The notes under the pieces: model-generated
What the model was told of the DNA's origin: nothing
The model's input: the letters and a program-made list of their open reading frames with translations, nothing else
The model's database searches: none
Position numbers and translations under genes: made by a program
Assembly: GCF_030684315.1 (NCBI RefSeq)
Contig: NC_081354.1
Location: 69,874,685-69,938,684, forward strand
Source: Stegostoma tigrinum
Taxonomy: Eukaryota
DNA: 64,000 nt
Reading direction: 5' to 3'
Shown: positions 38,545 through 49,639 of the stretch, in pieces
Layout of the letters: each line of letters begins with the position of its first letter
Numbering within the stretch: the stretch's first letter is position 1

Positions 38545-39150
38545 AACAAAGAACAAAGGACAGTGCAGTACATTACAGGCCCTTCGGCCCATAATGTTGA
38601 GCCAACATGTTATGCTCCTAAGATCAATCTACCCTGCGTACCCTACATTTTACTATCCTCCATGTGCCTGTCCAAGAGTCACTTAAAAGTCTCTAAAGTA
38701 TCTGACTCCACTACCACTGCCAGCAATGCATTTCACATGCTCACCACTCTCTGTGTGAAGTACCTACCTCTGACATTTCCCCTTATACCTTCCTCCAATC
38801 ACCTTCAAATCATGCCCCCTTGTAATAGTCATTTTCGCCCTGGCATAACGTCTCAGATTATCCACTCTATCTTTGCCTCTCATCATCTTGTGCACCTCTA
38901 TCAAGTCACCTCTCATCCTTTTTCGCTCCAATGATGAAAGCCCTCGCTCCCTCAACCTTTTCTCATCAGACCTGCCCTTCAGTCCAGGCAGCATCCTTGT
39001 AAATCTGCTCTGCACCCTCTCCGAAGCTTCCACATTTTTCCTGTAATGTATTAGAGCTGCAGCATAACCTCATGGCTCTTAAACTTAATTCCCCTGCCAA
39101 TGAAAGCCAACACACCATATGTCTTATTTACAGCCCTATCAACTTGCTAC
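38545..39150 (-). mobile_element. CR1 LINE 3' fragment
   Basis: ORF 38764-39033 (ERVQSRFTRMLPGL...RGDLIEV...TRGH). Absent from the paralogous site near 59000. Confidence 0.88.
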
Positions 39151-39837
39151 GCCTTCTTTTCAACCCTGTCAACTTGTTGCAACCCTATACAACCCTATCA
39201 ACTTTATATATTAAACAAAAACATTTCTCCTCTTGTTTACAGACCTACAGAAATGTGAAATAAAAATCACGAAGCATACTGGAGATCCTCAGCAATTCTG
39301 ATAGTATCTTTTGAAGGGACACCATTCCTGCTTTAGCTGGATGATTCCTCATCAGAGTTGTAAGCACCTAAAGAGGCAACAGTTTTGAAAAAAGACTTGG
39401 AAATTGGTTGAGAAGAGGAGATAAAAACAAAAGGAAATGCCTTGCTAACATTGTAGATAGGAGATATTTAATGACAAAATGGATTATGTAACATGGTCAA
39501 AGAAGAGAGTAATGGGCCTAAACATCTTCTTCCATGTCCTTCACCCACCTCCTCACCCCAGGCATTGTCATCACATGGGCTTGCTTTCAGTACAGCCAAC
39601 CTACTTTCATCTACTTATGGACCCCATTACCAGTTTTTCTCCTTCCCTGGCTTACCATTACCCATCCCTTTGTTTGCCTAACAGGTTTTCTTTCCCTTTG
39701 GGCTCTGTTCAACCTATCTTTTCATTCTTTTACCCCCATGTCTCAACTTCTCTCTTTAGCATACCGCCTTTTCCGAGCAACTATTAGTTCTGTTGAATGA
39801 TCTCTGAATCTAACACGTTAACTCTGCTGTCTCTCCA

Positions 39838-40152
39838 TAGATTAGATTAGATTCACTACAGTGTGGAAACAGGCCCTTCGGCCCAACAAGTCCACACCAC
39901 CCCTTGAAGCATCCCAGCCAGACCCATTCCCCTATAATCCACACACCCCTGAACACTATGGGCAATTTAGCATGGCCAATCCACCTAGCCTGCACATCTT
40001 TGGACTGTGGGAGGAAACTGGAGCACCTGGAGGAAACCCACGCAGACACGGGGAGAATGTGCAAACTCCACACAGACAGTTGCCCGAGGTTGGAATTGAA
40101 CATGGGTCCCTGGCACTGTGAGGCTGCAGTGCTAACCACTGAGCCTCCATGC
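39838..40152 (-). mobile_element. HE1/V-SINE-like SINE, full length
   Basis: Has the tRNA-like head, conserved core and (TCTAA)n tail. It is inserted in an older PLE tail and absent at the paralogous site ~59630. Confidence 0.9.
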
Positions 40153-41014
40153 CAAACCTGCTGAGTTTCTTCAGCAATTTCTGTATTTGTTAGAGCTAGT
40201 AACGGTGCAGGGGAAGAATTAAAATTTATGTCTAGTGGAGGTGCAAACAAGAAAATGCAGAATCACTCCTAACCACTACTGTTAAAAGAAAGGGTGTAGG
40301 TTGGGGCTTACGTATGGAGGAGAGGAGAGGATCTGAAATCATTGAACTGAATGTTGATTGCAGAGGGCTGTAAAGTGAGCTGTCAGAAAATGAGATTCTG
40401 ATACTTCAGTTACACTAAGTGTTTGTGCAACAATGTATCAGAATGAGGACACATTTCAGAGTGAAAGTGAAGAATTACTGAAATGTGACATCTCAAAACC
40501 AAGTTGATGCAATCTTTTATTTTTGCTGTTGAATGCTGCTATTCCATATGATATATTGATCGTAAAGTATATGTAAGACAAGATTTTTAATTGTTGACTG
40601 TATGCACAATGCTGTGATTTCTTCTGACTGCATGCAAGGGCCCTTTCACCTCTTCCACCACATTCACTGCATGGGAACACAATCAATCATTAACACAGCT
40701 ACTGGAGCGTAAAATCATCTGATTTCCGGGAATGCACAAATTCACCAACACTCACTGGTATTTGAATGAACTTTGTCTCTGGAATATTACCAACCACTGT
40801 ACAAACCCAGGGGGAGGAGTCAGCACAGTCATAACTATGTTACAAACTTAAAGTGAAATTTGAATCAGCTCCAGGTACTCTGGAAGCTTTCATTTCATCA
40901 CAAGCCATCACTTTCGGATGACATGATCCACACTTGGCACTGATCCCTGGGATTATATGATTAAGCAAGCATACACCTGAGCTGAAGGTCATGAATTGCA
41001 TCCTGGGAAGGTCG

Positions 41015-41207
41015 CAGTGAAACATTCTGGGAAAGGTGTCCTCGCAGTCAGTGTCATGGTGAAACATTCTGGGAAGGGTGTCCTCGCAGTCGCTGTCACG
41101 GTGAAGCCTTCTGGGAAGGGTGTCCTCGCAGTCGGTGTCACAGTGAAGCCTTCTGGGAAGTGTGTCCTTGCAGTCAGTGTCACAGTGAAGCATTCTGGGA
41201 AGGGTGA
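41015..41207. repeat. 42-bp minisatellite carrying TTCTGGGAA
   Basis: Unit ~CATTCTGGGAAGGGTGTCCTCGCAGTCAGTGTCACRGTGAAR. TTCTGGGAA starts at 41025, 41067, 41109, 41151 and 41193. Confidence 0.95.
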
Positions 41208-41335
41208 CACCAGCTGTTCCATGGCAATAGATGTTGCAGTTCTGTCAGATGATGTTGTTCTGGGGTTAACAAATGTTTTTGGTGAGGCTTCGTGTAAGTT
41301 CAAACTACAGGAAGCAAACACTTGGATGTAGCATA

Positions 41336-41537
41336 AGATAACAAAGTGTGAAGCTGGATGAACACAGCAGGCCAAGCAACATCTCAGGAGCACAAAAGCT
41401 GACGTTTCGGGCCTAGATGAAGGGTCTAGGCCTGAAATGTCAGCTTTTGTGCTCCTGAGATGCGGCTTAGCCTGCTGTGTTCATCCAGCTTCACACTTGT
41501 TATCTTGGATTCTCCAGCATCTGCAGTTCCCATTATC
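41336..41537. mobile_element. Fold-back PLE family-1 element
   Basis: Inverted arms. TSD CACT(T/G)GGATGTA(G/A)CA at 41319-41333 and 41537-41551. Confidence 0.88.
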
Positions 41538-41734
41538 ACTGGGATGTAACAGCCTGGACTCTGGATCTAAATTCCAGGGTATCTGAAAACAGCCTAGATG
41601 AGGAGATTGCTCCAGGTTTTGCCAACACACAGATGGAATATCAATATGGCTAAGGAAAAGGAAGAACAAGGTGCCAAGGAGGATGCTAAGAAAGCAATGA
41701 ACAGGCCTCAGGCAAAGAGTGGCAAAAAGAGGAG

Positions 41735-42041
41735 AAATTTAGAACCACTGAATCCCTACAGTGTGGAAAGAAGCCGTTAGGCACTTATAATCTGCACTGA
41801 CTCTATAAAAGCAGAGCTCCCATACCTTATTCTAAACCTATAACCCTGCATTTACTGTGGCTAGTCCACCTAATCTGCACATCTTTGGATTGTGGGAAGA
41901 AACCAGAGCACCTGGAGGAAACCCACATAGACATGGGGAAAATGTGTGAACTCCACCCAGACAGCCATCTGAGGGTGGAATCAAACCCAGCCCTCGGCAC
42001 TACAAGGCAGCAGTGCTAACCACTGAATCACTGTGTTGCCC
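41735..42041 (-). mobile_element. HE1/V-SINE-like SINE (shared with 62190-62531, so it pre-dates the duplication)
   Basis: Same flanks in both duplication units. Confidence 0.82.
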
Positions 42042-42969
42042 AAAAGTAACAGCACCTACATCTACAGACTAATGAAATAGGTTCATCCCAACACTGGGAT
42101 CTCCTCTAAGGACAATACCTTCATTATTTCATTTGTCAATGATATTTGAGAGCACGGGAATAGCTTCCTGCCTTGGCCCATGATAACCAGTGCAGCAATG
42201 TCAGCTCCCAAGAGATCCAGATTGTCATGTGCCTGCTGATACCAGGGGAGCTGGAAAAGTTCAGAGGATCAAAGACAAGGATCAAGTCCACCAGCTCCAT
42301 GTGAAACTCGACATTGTACTGAAAAAAAGACACACACAGTAGTAGGGAATGCATGGAACGACGTGTTGCAACTACATGGGTAAGCTGAACATCAGAGGGA
42401 CTGTATGTACTGGAAAAAGACCATCAGACTCAGGACCGACATCAGAGATTTATATTAGTGCATTGCTAATGTCCAGGAATCTGGGACTATGGTTGTTAAT
42501 TCACATGGCTGAGTCAGCACGAGGGGTTCCATAGTGTGAAAAGCATGAGGTCTCTTATCGCTCTGGGGTGAACTGGGAGTTTTGTTAGAAATTAGAAATA
42601 TGATGACAAATAAATAAAAAACTAGATTAGTGCAATAAGTTTTGTTTTACTGAAATCTTACTAAGGTTCTAGTAAGGCTCAAGCTGATGAGATGATTGTT
42701 TTTAGGTGATGATCAATCAACTTGATCTGAAACATAGCCCGCAGCTGGGTAAATGTTTTGTAACAGACAGAATGCATGTCCACTCGTTCTGTTTGTTATC
42801 AGTATGTTTTATATCAAAATGTGTGCCTATTCATACACTTTTGAGTGTGCTTTGCAATTAAAATTTCAGCAGCCATTTTGTGAGTTGAAAATGAAAGAGT
42901 TGTATTTATTCACATACACAAACCTCACCCTGATGCATTATCAGACTCCACCATACATCCTCTGCTCTA

Positions 42970-42970
<1 letters not shown>

Positions 42971-43006
<36 letters not shown>
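42971..43006. repeat. (CA)18 microsatellite
   Basis: Read directly from the sequence. Confidence 0.97.
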
Positions 43007-43012
<6 letters not shown>

Positions 43013-46000
43013 CTGAGTAAATAAAAATGCAAGCATAGATGCAAATCAGAAAAACTGAATCAGTTTCTAATTTACACTCCTTGGTCTCCCATGTGATCAG
43101 GCTTATGGATTTTAACTGGATTTAATGTTTTAAAGTTGAATAGGACATTCTGTAAAATAAAAGCTTCAATGTAGGTTTTAACATTGGTTGCTTAGAATGC
43201 AGTTTCAAATCTGTCCAAGTTCTCATGCTAAAGGTATGCTCAACCCAAACTGGCCTGATATTGTTACATTGGAACACTAAATCTTTCATTTTGTTTCATA
43301 TAAAGTTGCAGACTTTGAAAAGTGTTGAAGATGAAAAATGATTGTTTCTAACATCCTGAAATATAGTTGCTCCACTGTGTTTACCCTTGACCCCGAGCTT
43401 TTAAATGAGCAAATGTATAGAATGATTATCGTCTTTTCCCACAAGTTACTTTACCGCAACAGGTTTTGAATTTTGAAAATGTTTCCGTTGCCAATTCAAT
43501 AGGTACTTCACCGTGTGCAGTTTGTAAACATTCAGCCAGTCAGGAATGTGCGAGTTATACAAGTAACACCAGCTGAGAGGTAAAAATAATTTCAAAATGT
43601 TAAAAATATAGAAATACATCCTACTCCCTAATAACACACGCATACATAATCTGTTTTGTTAACAAAAAAAAACACAATCAACCACAACATATTTGGTATA
43701 GAGTACTCGAGATTGAACTTGGTTAAGTAAAATGCAGATTAAACTAAAGGAATGTCAGTAAGGATACACTAATTTATCTACCTGTTTTTCAGATGAGGTT
43801 GTTGGTTTGAGGTTTCCCCAGTGTTTTCTGTTTTCATTTCAGATTTCCAGCATCTGCAGCATGTTTCTTTCATAAGAATCAACTGGAGAGATCTGGAGAT
43901 TAGCACTAACTTAGATCCTCATTCGGAGAGCTAGCTTAGTCATGATGGGCTGAATGGCTTCTTTTTGCATTGTTACAATTTTGTGTTGTTGCAACCATAT
44001 GTATTACCCTGGACCATCTTCAGTTGACGGATTATTGCCACATTTAATTTGGAAGAAAATTAATATCCCACTATTGAATATCAAAGATCCCTCAACTAGT
44101 GGAAACCTCTTTTCCCAAAAACACAACAATGTGACAATCTGATCCGTCACTAGTGGAAGTTATTGTTGTGCTGATGGAAATAGTAGAGAGGAGATGCTAT
44201 GAATGTGAGTAAGATGCAAGACTGAAATTCTTGAACTCCATGGGATTGAGGATGGAATGGGTGGGAGCTAGAGGAGAACTTGTCTGTCCTTGTTGCAAGA
44301 AGGAATGATGGTTAAGATGACTAGGCTACTTCTTATGTCTCCACTGGTCATCTCTTTGACTGTTGCTTGGCTCAGGATGACTTACAATTATCGTAAATTC
44401 ACATTGAATGTAGGAACACCCTGCACAGTTATTTTGAGATGAGTTACAATGGAAAGAACATGCACACAAGTGTTGCACCACGGACTCTGATAACATTACT
44501 CTTTAACAGACTACTTATCCAGTTCACAATGGTGCCAGTCTGGGGGAGTAGGTCAGTGACATGAGACAACCCAGTGAGATTTTCCAGAATTTGCACAATT
44601 GTTTAGCTGATGATTATGAAACACTGACAAGGCATTTTTCGTGAAATCTTGTTTATTTTAGTCACTTAAATACGCTTAAGGATAAAGGTACAAAAACCTC
44701 AAACAATTCATAAACATACAATTCAGGTACAAGTAACAATTTTTCAGAGTGACACTCACATTTACAAGACAACTTTTACACAAAGTGTTCTGAGGTTTGT
44801 AGTCAACATATTTTCTGCATGAAAATCTCTCAGTACAAAAATCTGCCTTCACCGAAATAAGTTTTATTTAAAAATGTTGTTAATGCCTGTTAATATTATG
44901 TGATTAACAGCAATATTTCCCAAAATGTAAGGATTTAACATGTAATATAATTTCTATTGATTTACTTCTCACGGACTTCAGCTTTGGATACGTCCTGAGG
45001 TTTGACGTCATAGCAACAAATTCCCAAGGTTTACTTAAAATGTCAGTGATTGTTAAAAACTACAGTAAAATTGTGGCAACGTCAATGTGAATCAATTGAT
45101 CTTGAATTTTGACATGAAAGGTTTCATTCAAGCTGGCACTAAAGATTAAATTTGGATTGTAACTGGGATTGAAACAATGTCACATTACAGTGTTTCTAAA
45201 TTCCCACTTTAAATACTATGTCCATATTTTCCTGTATTGTTCCAATACAGCTCAGTATTGTCTCAGGAAACATTACCTCAATTTTTGACAGGCCACTTTA
45301 CAGCCTCCAGAATCAACACTATGGTAAACAGTTTCCAATCACAATGCCTGGACCTACATTTTCTGGTTCGGCTGTGGCGATTTACAGCTCCTCGAAACAC
45401 AGCTTTTGTCCCTTTGCTTGCCTCATTGTTGTCTATTTTGCTTTGAACCATTATCCTTTTTTTATCACCAGATCTTTCCTCTCTTCAGAGCCACAAGGAC
45501 CGCAACAGTTCAACAAAATAGCTTACCAGCACATTCACGTGTGCATAAAGGAATGGGTGAGGCCTTTGGCAGCAATGCACAAATTTAGTGAAATATTTTA
45601 CTAATCGTCAATAAATCAAATAAATCAAAATGTTTTCAATTGTCTGAATTTGAAAACCAACAGATCTGTTTTATTTTGATCCCTTCCTAAGTTCACAAAT
45701 TAATAATTCCTTTACTACCTGCACCTTTTGATGATCAGAAATTATTTTCCAACGCTTAGGGAGAAAGTTAACAAATTGCTTTCAGTCGTAGGGTATTTGG
45801 TGACAGTGCTCGACCGTTTTTGGATTAATCCTACAAATCATATCCCATGAAAAGAAAACCTCCAACAAGGCACAAACTTTCACAATAGCAGCCTGATTTC
45901 TTAGACTCTGTGTATACAATCACAAAATAAGAAGGTTAAACAGTGAAATACTTCTCAGAGAGTCAATGTAGAGGAATTGTCAAACAACATACAGAACAGT

Positions 46001-46107
46001 GATATCAGAAAGTGAATGCCCTGCAGGGACCTTCCTTCATTTCAGTGTTCACTGTACAGCACATTCCTCAGTCTGCAATCAAGTGAATCCCATTGCAGCT
46101 TCATTTC

Positions 46108-47564
46108 TTAGTTTTTTGCCCTGGAACCTGAAATAAAATTGAATAAAGTATTATATTTCCCACAGTATTTACTTCGCTACTGAGGACAATATCTTCACCA
46201 AACTTAGTTATGGGACATTATCGACTGCACTCTTAAACAAGATTGCAAACAGTTAATTCATTATTTCATTAATTTTATTCTATTATATTATTAAACACAG
46301 AATCCAAGGAAGTTGTGGCGAACAATTAATATTGCCAAATTTTCACTTTGTACATAAAGATAGATGACAAAAACATACAGATGACAAAATGTTTAAGAAC
46401 TGCGCACTAAGGCTGCTTACAATGCACAGCAGAACATCATGGAGCTGACCATGAAGGAAGGAAGCGTGAAAAGGAGTTAAAGTCTCTGTTTTAATCACAG
46501 GGATACATTGAATTGGCCGACATCAGCTGGCTGCAGAAGATATGACAACCGTGGTAGGTACGACAATCATCCACCATTCCTGCACCAGGTTACTGACCAG
46601 TGACACTCCCAGCTCTTCCTGGATTAATATCTTGTTAGCATTCACTGTCACAGCTCGCATACAAATATCAGATTTAGGGACAAAGTAACAAAATGCAACA
46701 GGAGCCTGCACAAATGGGCTGGAGTTAAAGCCTTGGCCAAGGTGCTGAGGACAACATGATAAAAGCACTTCGCTCAAGCATATTTATTCACAGATAATGT
46801 ATGCATGTTTACAAGCACCAACCTTTCCTGGATCTAATGATAATCTTCACCCACTCAGCATCAGGGCTCACACAAAATCTCTGCCCTTTTTTCGTGGTGA
46901 TGCTGTAAAGTGAAGATAAATTGTCAAAATCTCTTCCACAGAAATTGGATGTCTCTCATGCCAGGTTATAATCAGTGGCACAAACACAATCCTGAAAATC
47001 TGCTACATAAAGAAATTGCAATTGATCCAACACATTCACAAAAATATTACTGCACCTAACCAGAAAGAGGAAAATGAGAACCATTAAAGCTGATATTCTG
47101 ACCCATTTACTCACATTATCTCTTGTGTCTCACAATGCGGTCCTTTGGGAATGTATTGTAAATTCTTGATGATCTTTGGATTAATAAAATCAGAGCTGGT
47201 CCTGGGACACTGACACCGTCCTTGGGTATCTAGGATTGGAATACCTGTGAATGAAATAAATTGCATTTCAATTTTAAGTTTGGTTGTCATTGACAGGATG
47301 TTGACTTTTTATTTAACATTGAATTCAGCAATAAAACAAGCATCATATTATCAGTAACATGTACCATCAGTGACCGTCAATTCTTTAATGAACAGCCAAG
47401 AAGCACACAGACGTCTACGGCTGCTCAATAAATCAGCAGAAAGACTCCTTTCCATATTACACAGCAGGAAAATCTAAGTACCAAGACAGAAATGTTAACA
47501 TACCCTGTGCAGCAAGAGCACACAGGAGCAGGATGGCAGTCATTACAGCTGTTGCTCTGTTCAT
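46108..47564 (-). CDS. CXC chemokine D, ELR-negative, CXCL9/10/11-like, 96 aa
   Basis: Coding exons 47564-47504, 47244-47115, 46902-46823, 46127-46108 (61/130/80/20 nt), GT-AG. Translation: MNRATAVMTAILLLCALAAQGIPILDTQGRCQCPRTSSDFINPKIIKNLQYIPKGPHCETQEIIITTKKGQRFCVSPDAEWVKIIIRSRKGSRAKN. Confidence 0.93.
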
Positions 47565-47672
47565 CTTTGACTTTGTTGCTGAATAGATTTCTGCTGCAGG
47601 ATCTGTTGTCTACTTCAGTGACACTCGTTATCCTGAATGAAGTTCTGCTGATGACGGGCCTAAATAAACCCC

Positions 47673-47780
47673 TATTTATTGAGATCCTCTACTTTCGTTC
47701 TGTATAATCTCAAACAGTGAAAGCTGTGCAAATTCTGTGCAAGGTAATTTCCCTGCTCCTGAGTCAACTTTCTTTCATTT
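47673..47780 (-). promoter_or_regulatory. Proximal promoter of chemokine D
   Basis: TATA-like 47673-47679; NF-kB GGGAAATTAC 47744-47753 (minus); AP-1 TGAGTCA 47760-47766; IRF-like ACTTTCTTTCATTT 47767-47780. The C/EBP position is degenerate. Confidence 0.72.
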
Positions 47781-49403
47781 TGCAGTTTAACAAGTTTTGG
47801 CATGTTACGTAATCCATAACAGCAACAGGCAAACCAGGTAAACTGAATTAGTTTAATCTAGATTCAGAAGAAGTGCAATTTTCAGAAATTTCCACCTTTG
47901 CCAAAGTGTAAAAAAAAGTGTGGGCAGAGACAATGTCAAATTTGCCTCCCAATGAGTTTAATTGTAAAAGTGATATAGTTGCCAGATCTACTACTGAGTG
48001 ATTAACACATTTGTCAATTTTCCAAACACTCTCAAGTTGAATTATTTTCCCAGTTGTACACTGTGCTCTTGGAAATTATCTTGTAAATCATCAAGTCCTT
48101 TTGTACTGGTCATAATACGTTCCTTTCAGTCTTAATTAGTTTCAATGACAATAAAAATTGCAAAAATCAAACTGCATCAGTTTAATGCTTTTTATCGATT
48201 TTCCCAAAGCAATTAACATCAGATGACTTGAATAATTCAGTTCTAGATCTCGCAGCTCAGTCACTGGGGACTTTTTCATCAACCTAACAGTAAGCACAGA
48301 CAAATCAACGGAACTGCACTTTAAAATTTACAGAGAATATTTCTGTCTTTCATTGGTTTTACTTTCTGCTGTGACTCTTAGATCTGAATGTTCATGTTTG
48401 GAAAAAGTTGAAATGGTATAAATGTCATTTTGGATTTATTTAGAGATGCCACTTTTAATTCAACTTTTGATTAAAAATGCTGTAATGTTGGTCCTGGAAA
48501 AGAAATATCGCCAAAATTTTTGTTCCAGTGCAGATATTTAAATCATTGACCAGACTTTATTTTGGTTGTTTGTTGTTCGAACTGCATTATCAACTGACAA
48601 TTTAAATATCTCAATAAGTTTGCAGCGATCATTTATCAAACTAAAATAGATTATAGTTTAGATATTCGTCACCTAAATGAATAGTTTCAATTTGACTGTG
48701 GAAAATTTTAGTTCTGCTTTTTGCAGTTGACCCAGGGAACAAGGTCATTTCACACTTGGCACAGATCCCTGGGAATATATGAGGAAGCAAGTACACGCCT
48801 GAGCTGAATATCATGAATTACAAGAAATGGATCATCCTCTAACATGACAACTCAAGGAGCGCAGTTTGCTTACTTACAAAGCATAAGCATCAATTGTAAA
48901 TGCAATGCATGTTAAAATAGTGATTTTCATCTACAAGGCATTTTCAAAGTCTGCAACACATCTTAAGGCAAAACGAAACATTTAGTAATATGAAAATATC
49001 AGGGTGATCAGGGATGAATGAGAATATGAGGCAGATCTAGACTTTCTACAATCATGAAGAGACCTCTACCCAAACTAACCAGATTTCCTGGAACTTACAT
49101 GAGTTCACCTTCAAATGGATGCAGTTTATCTGACAAGCATGTGAACAGTGACTGTCATTGCTGTAACTCAGCTGGCTCCTCCCCCTGAGTTTGTATTGTG
49201 GTTGGTGACGGTGTAGAGTCAGACTTCATTCAGACAGCAGCTGGTGTTTGTGAACCCATGTGAATTCCAGGAAATCCCATTGTTTTATACTCCATGTAGC
49301 TGTGTCAATGATTGGCTTTGTCCCCAATCATTAGTGGGTGGATGAGGTTAACGGGCCCTTGCAGACAGTCAGATGAGATCACAGTATTGTGCAGTTTTTC
49401 TGA

Positions 49404-49491
49404 AGAAGGGTCTAGGCCGGAAACGTCAGCTTACCTGCTCCAATGATGCTGCTTGGCCTTCAGTGTTCATCCAGCTCCAGGCCTTGTTATC
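49404..49491 (+). mobile_element. PLE family-1 single arm
   Basis: CTGAAGAAGGGTCTAGGCCGGAAACGTC with TSD TCACAG(T/C)ATTGTG. Confidence 0.8.
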
Positions 49492-49639
49492 TCACAGCAT
49501 TGTGGGTGGTCTAGCAAAGATACAAATAACTTCGACTGTTACTCAGCTCCTAAAAAGTACTGATGGAAGCAAAAAATGCTGGAGATCGCAACAGGACAGG
49601 CAGCATCCATGCAAGAAAAGCAAGTTAACATCTCCAGGT

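Larger units (their letters stand above)
24780..43170. repeat. Tandem segmental duplication, unit 1 (contains B and C)
   Basis: Collinear non-repeat anchors shared with ~43790-63720: 24880~43890, 25100~44130, gene B~gene D, 31300-32190~48240-49130, 34950-36200~52720-54220, 37745-38450~58225-58910, 40600-42400~61420-62890, 43065-43165~63640-63720. Confidence 0.85.

Noticed and set aside
39479-39800. ORFs conserved between 39479-39800 and 59283-59612
   Set aside because: The similarity is explained by the segmental duplication of an old pyrimidine-rich PLE-like 3' region, and reading frames are not preserved between copies.
41015-41207. CRISPR-like periodic array
   Set aside because: The spacers are near-identical rather than unique, the context is eukaryotic, and there are no cas genes.
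40840-41393. Repetitive ORFs (VKHSGKGVLAVSV / HCDTDCEDTLPRR) resembling a repeat protein
   Set aside because: These are translations of a 42-bp (multiple of 3) minisatellite that is open in several frames. One ORF starts inside a PLE, and there is no splice or paralog support.
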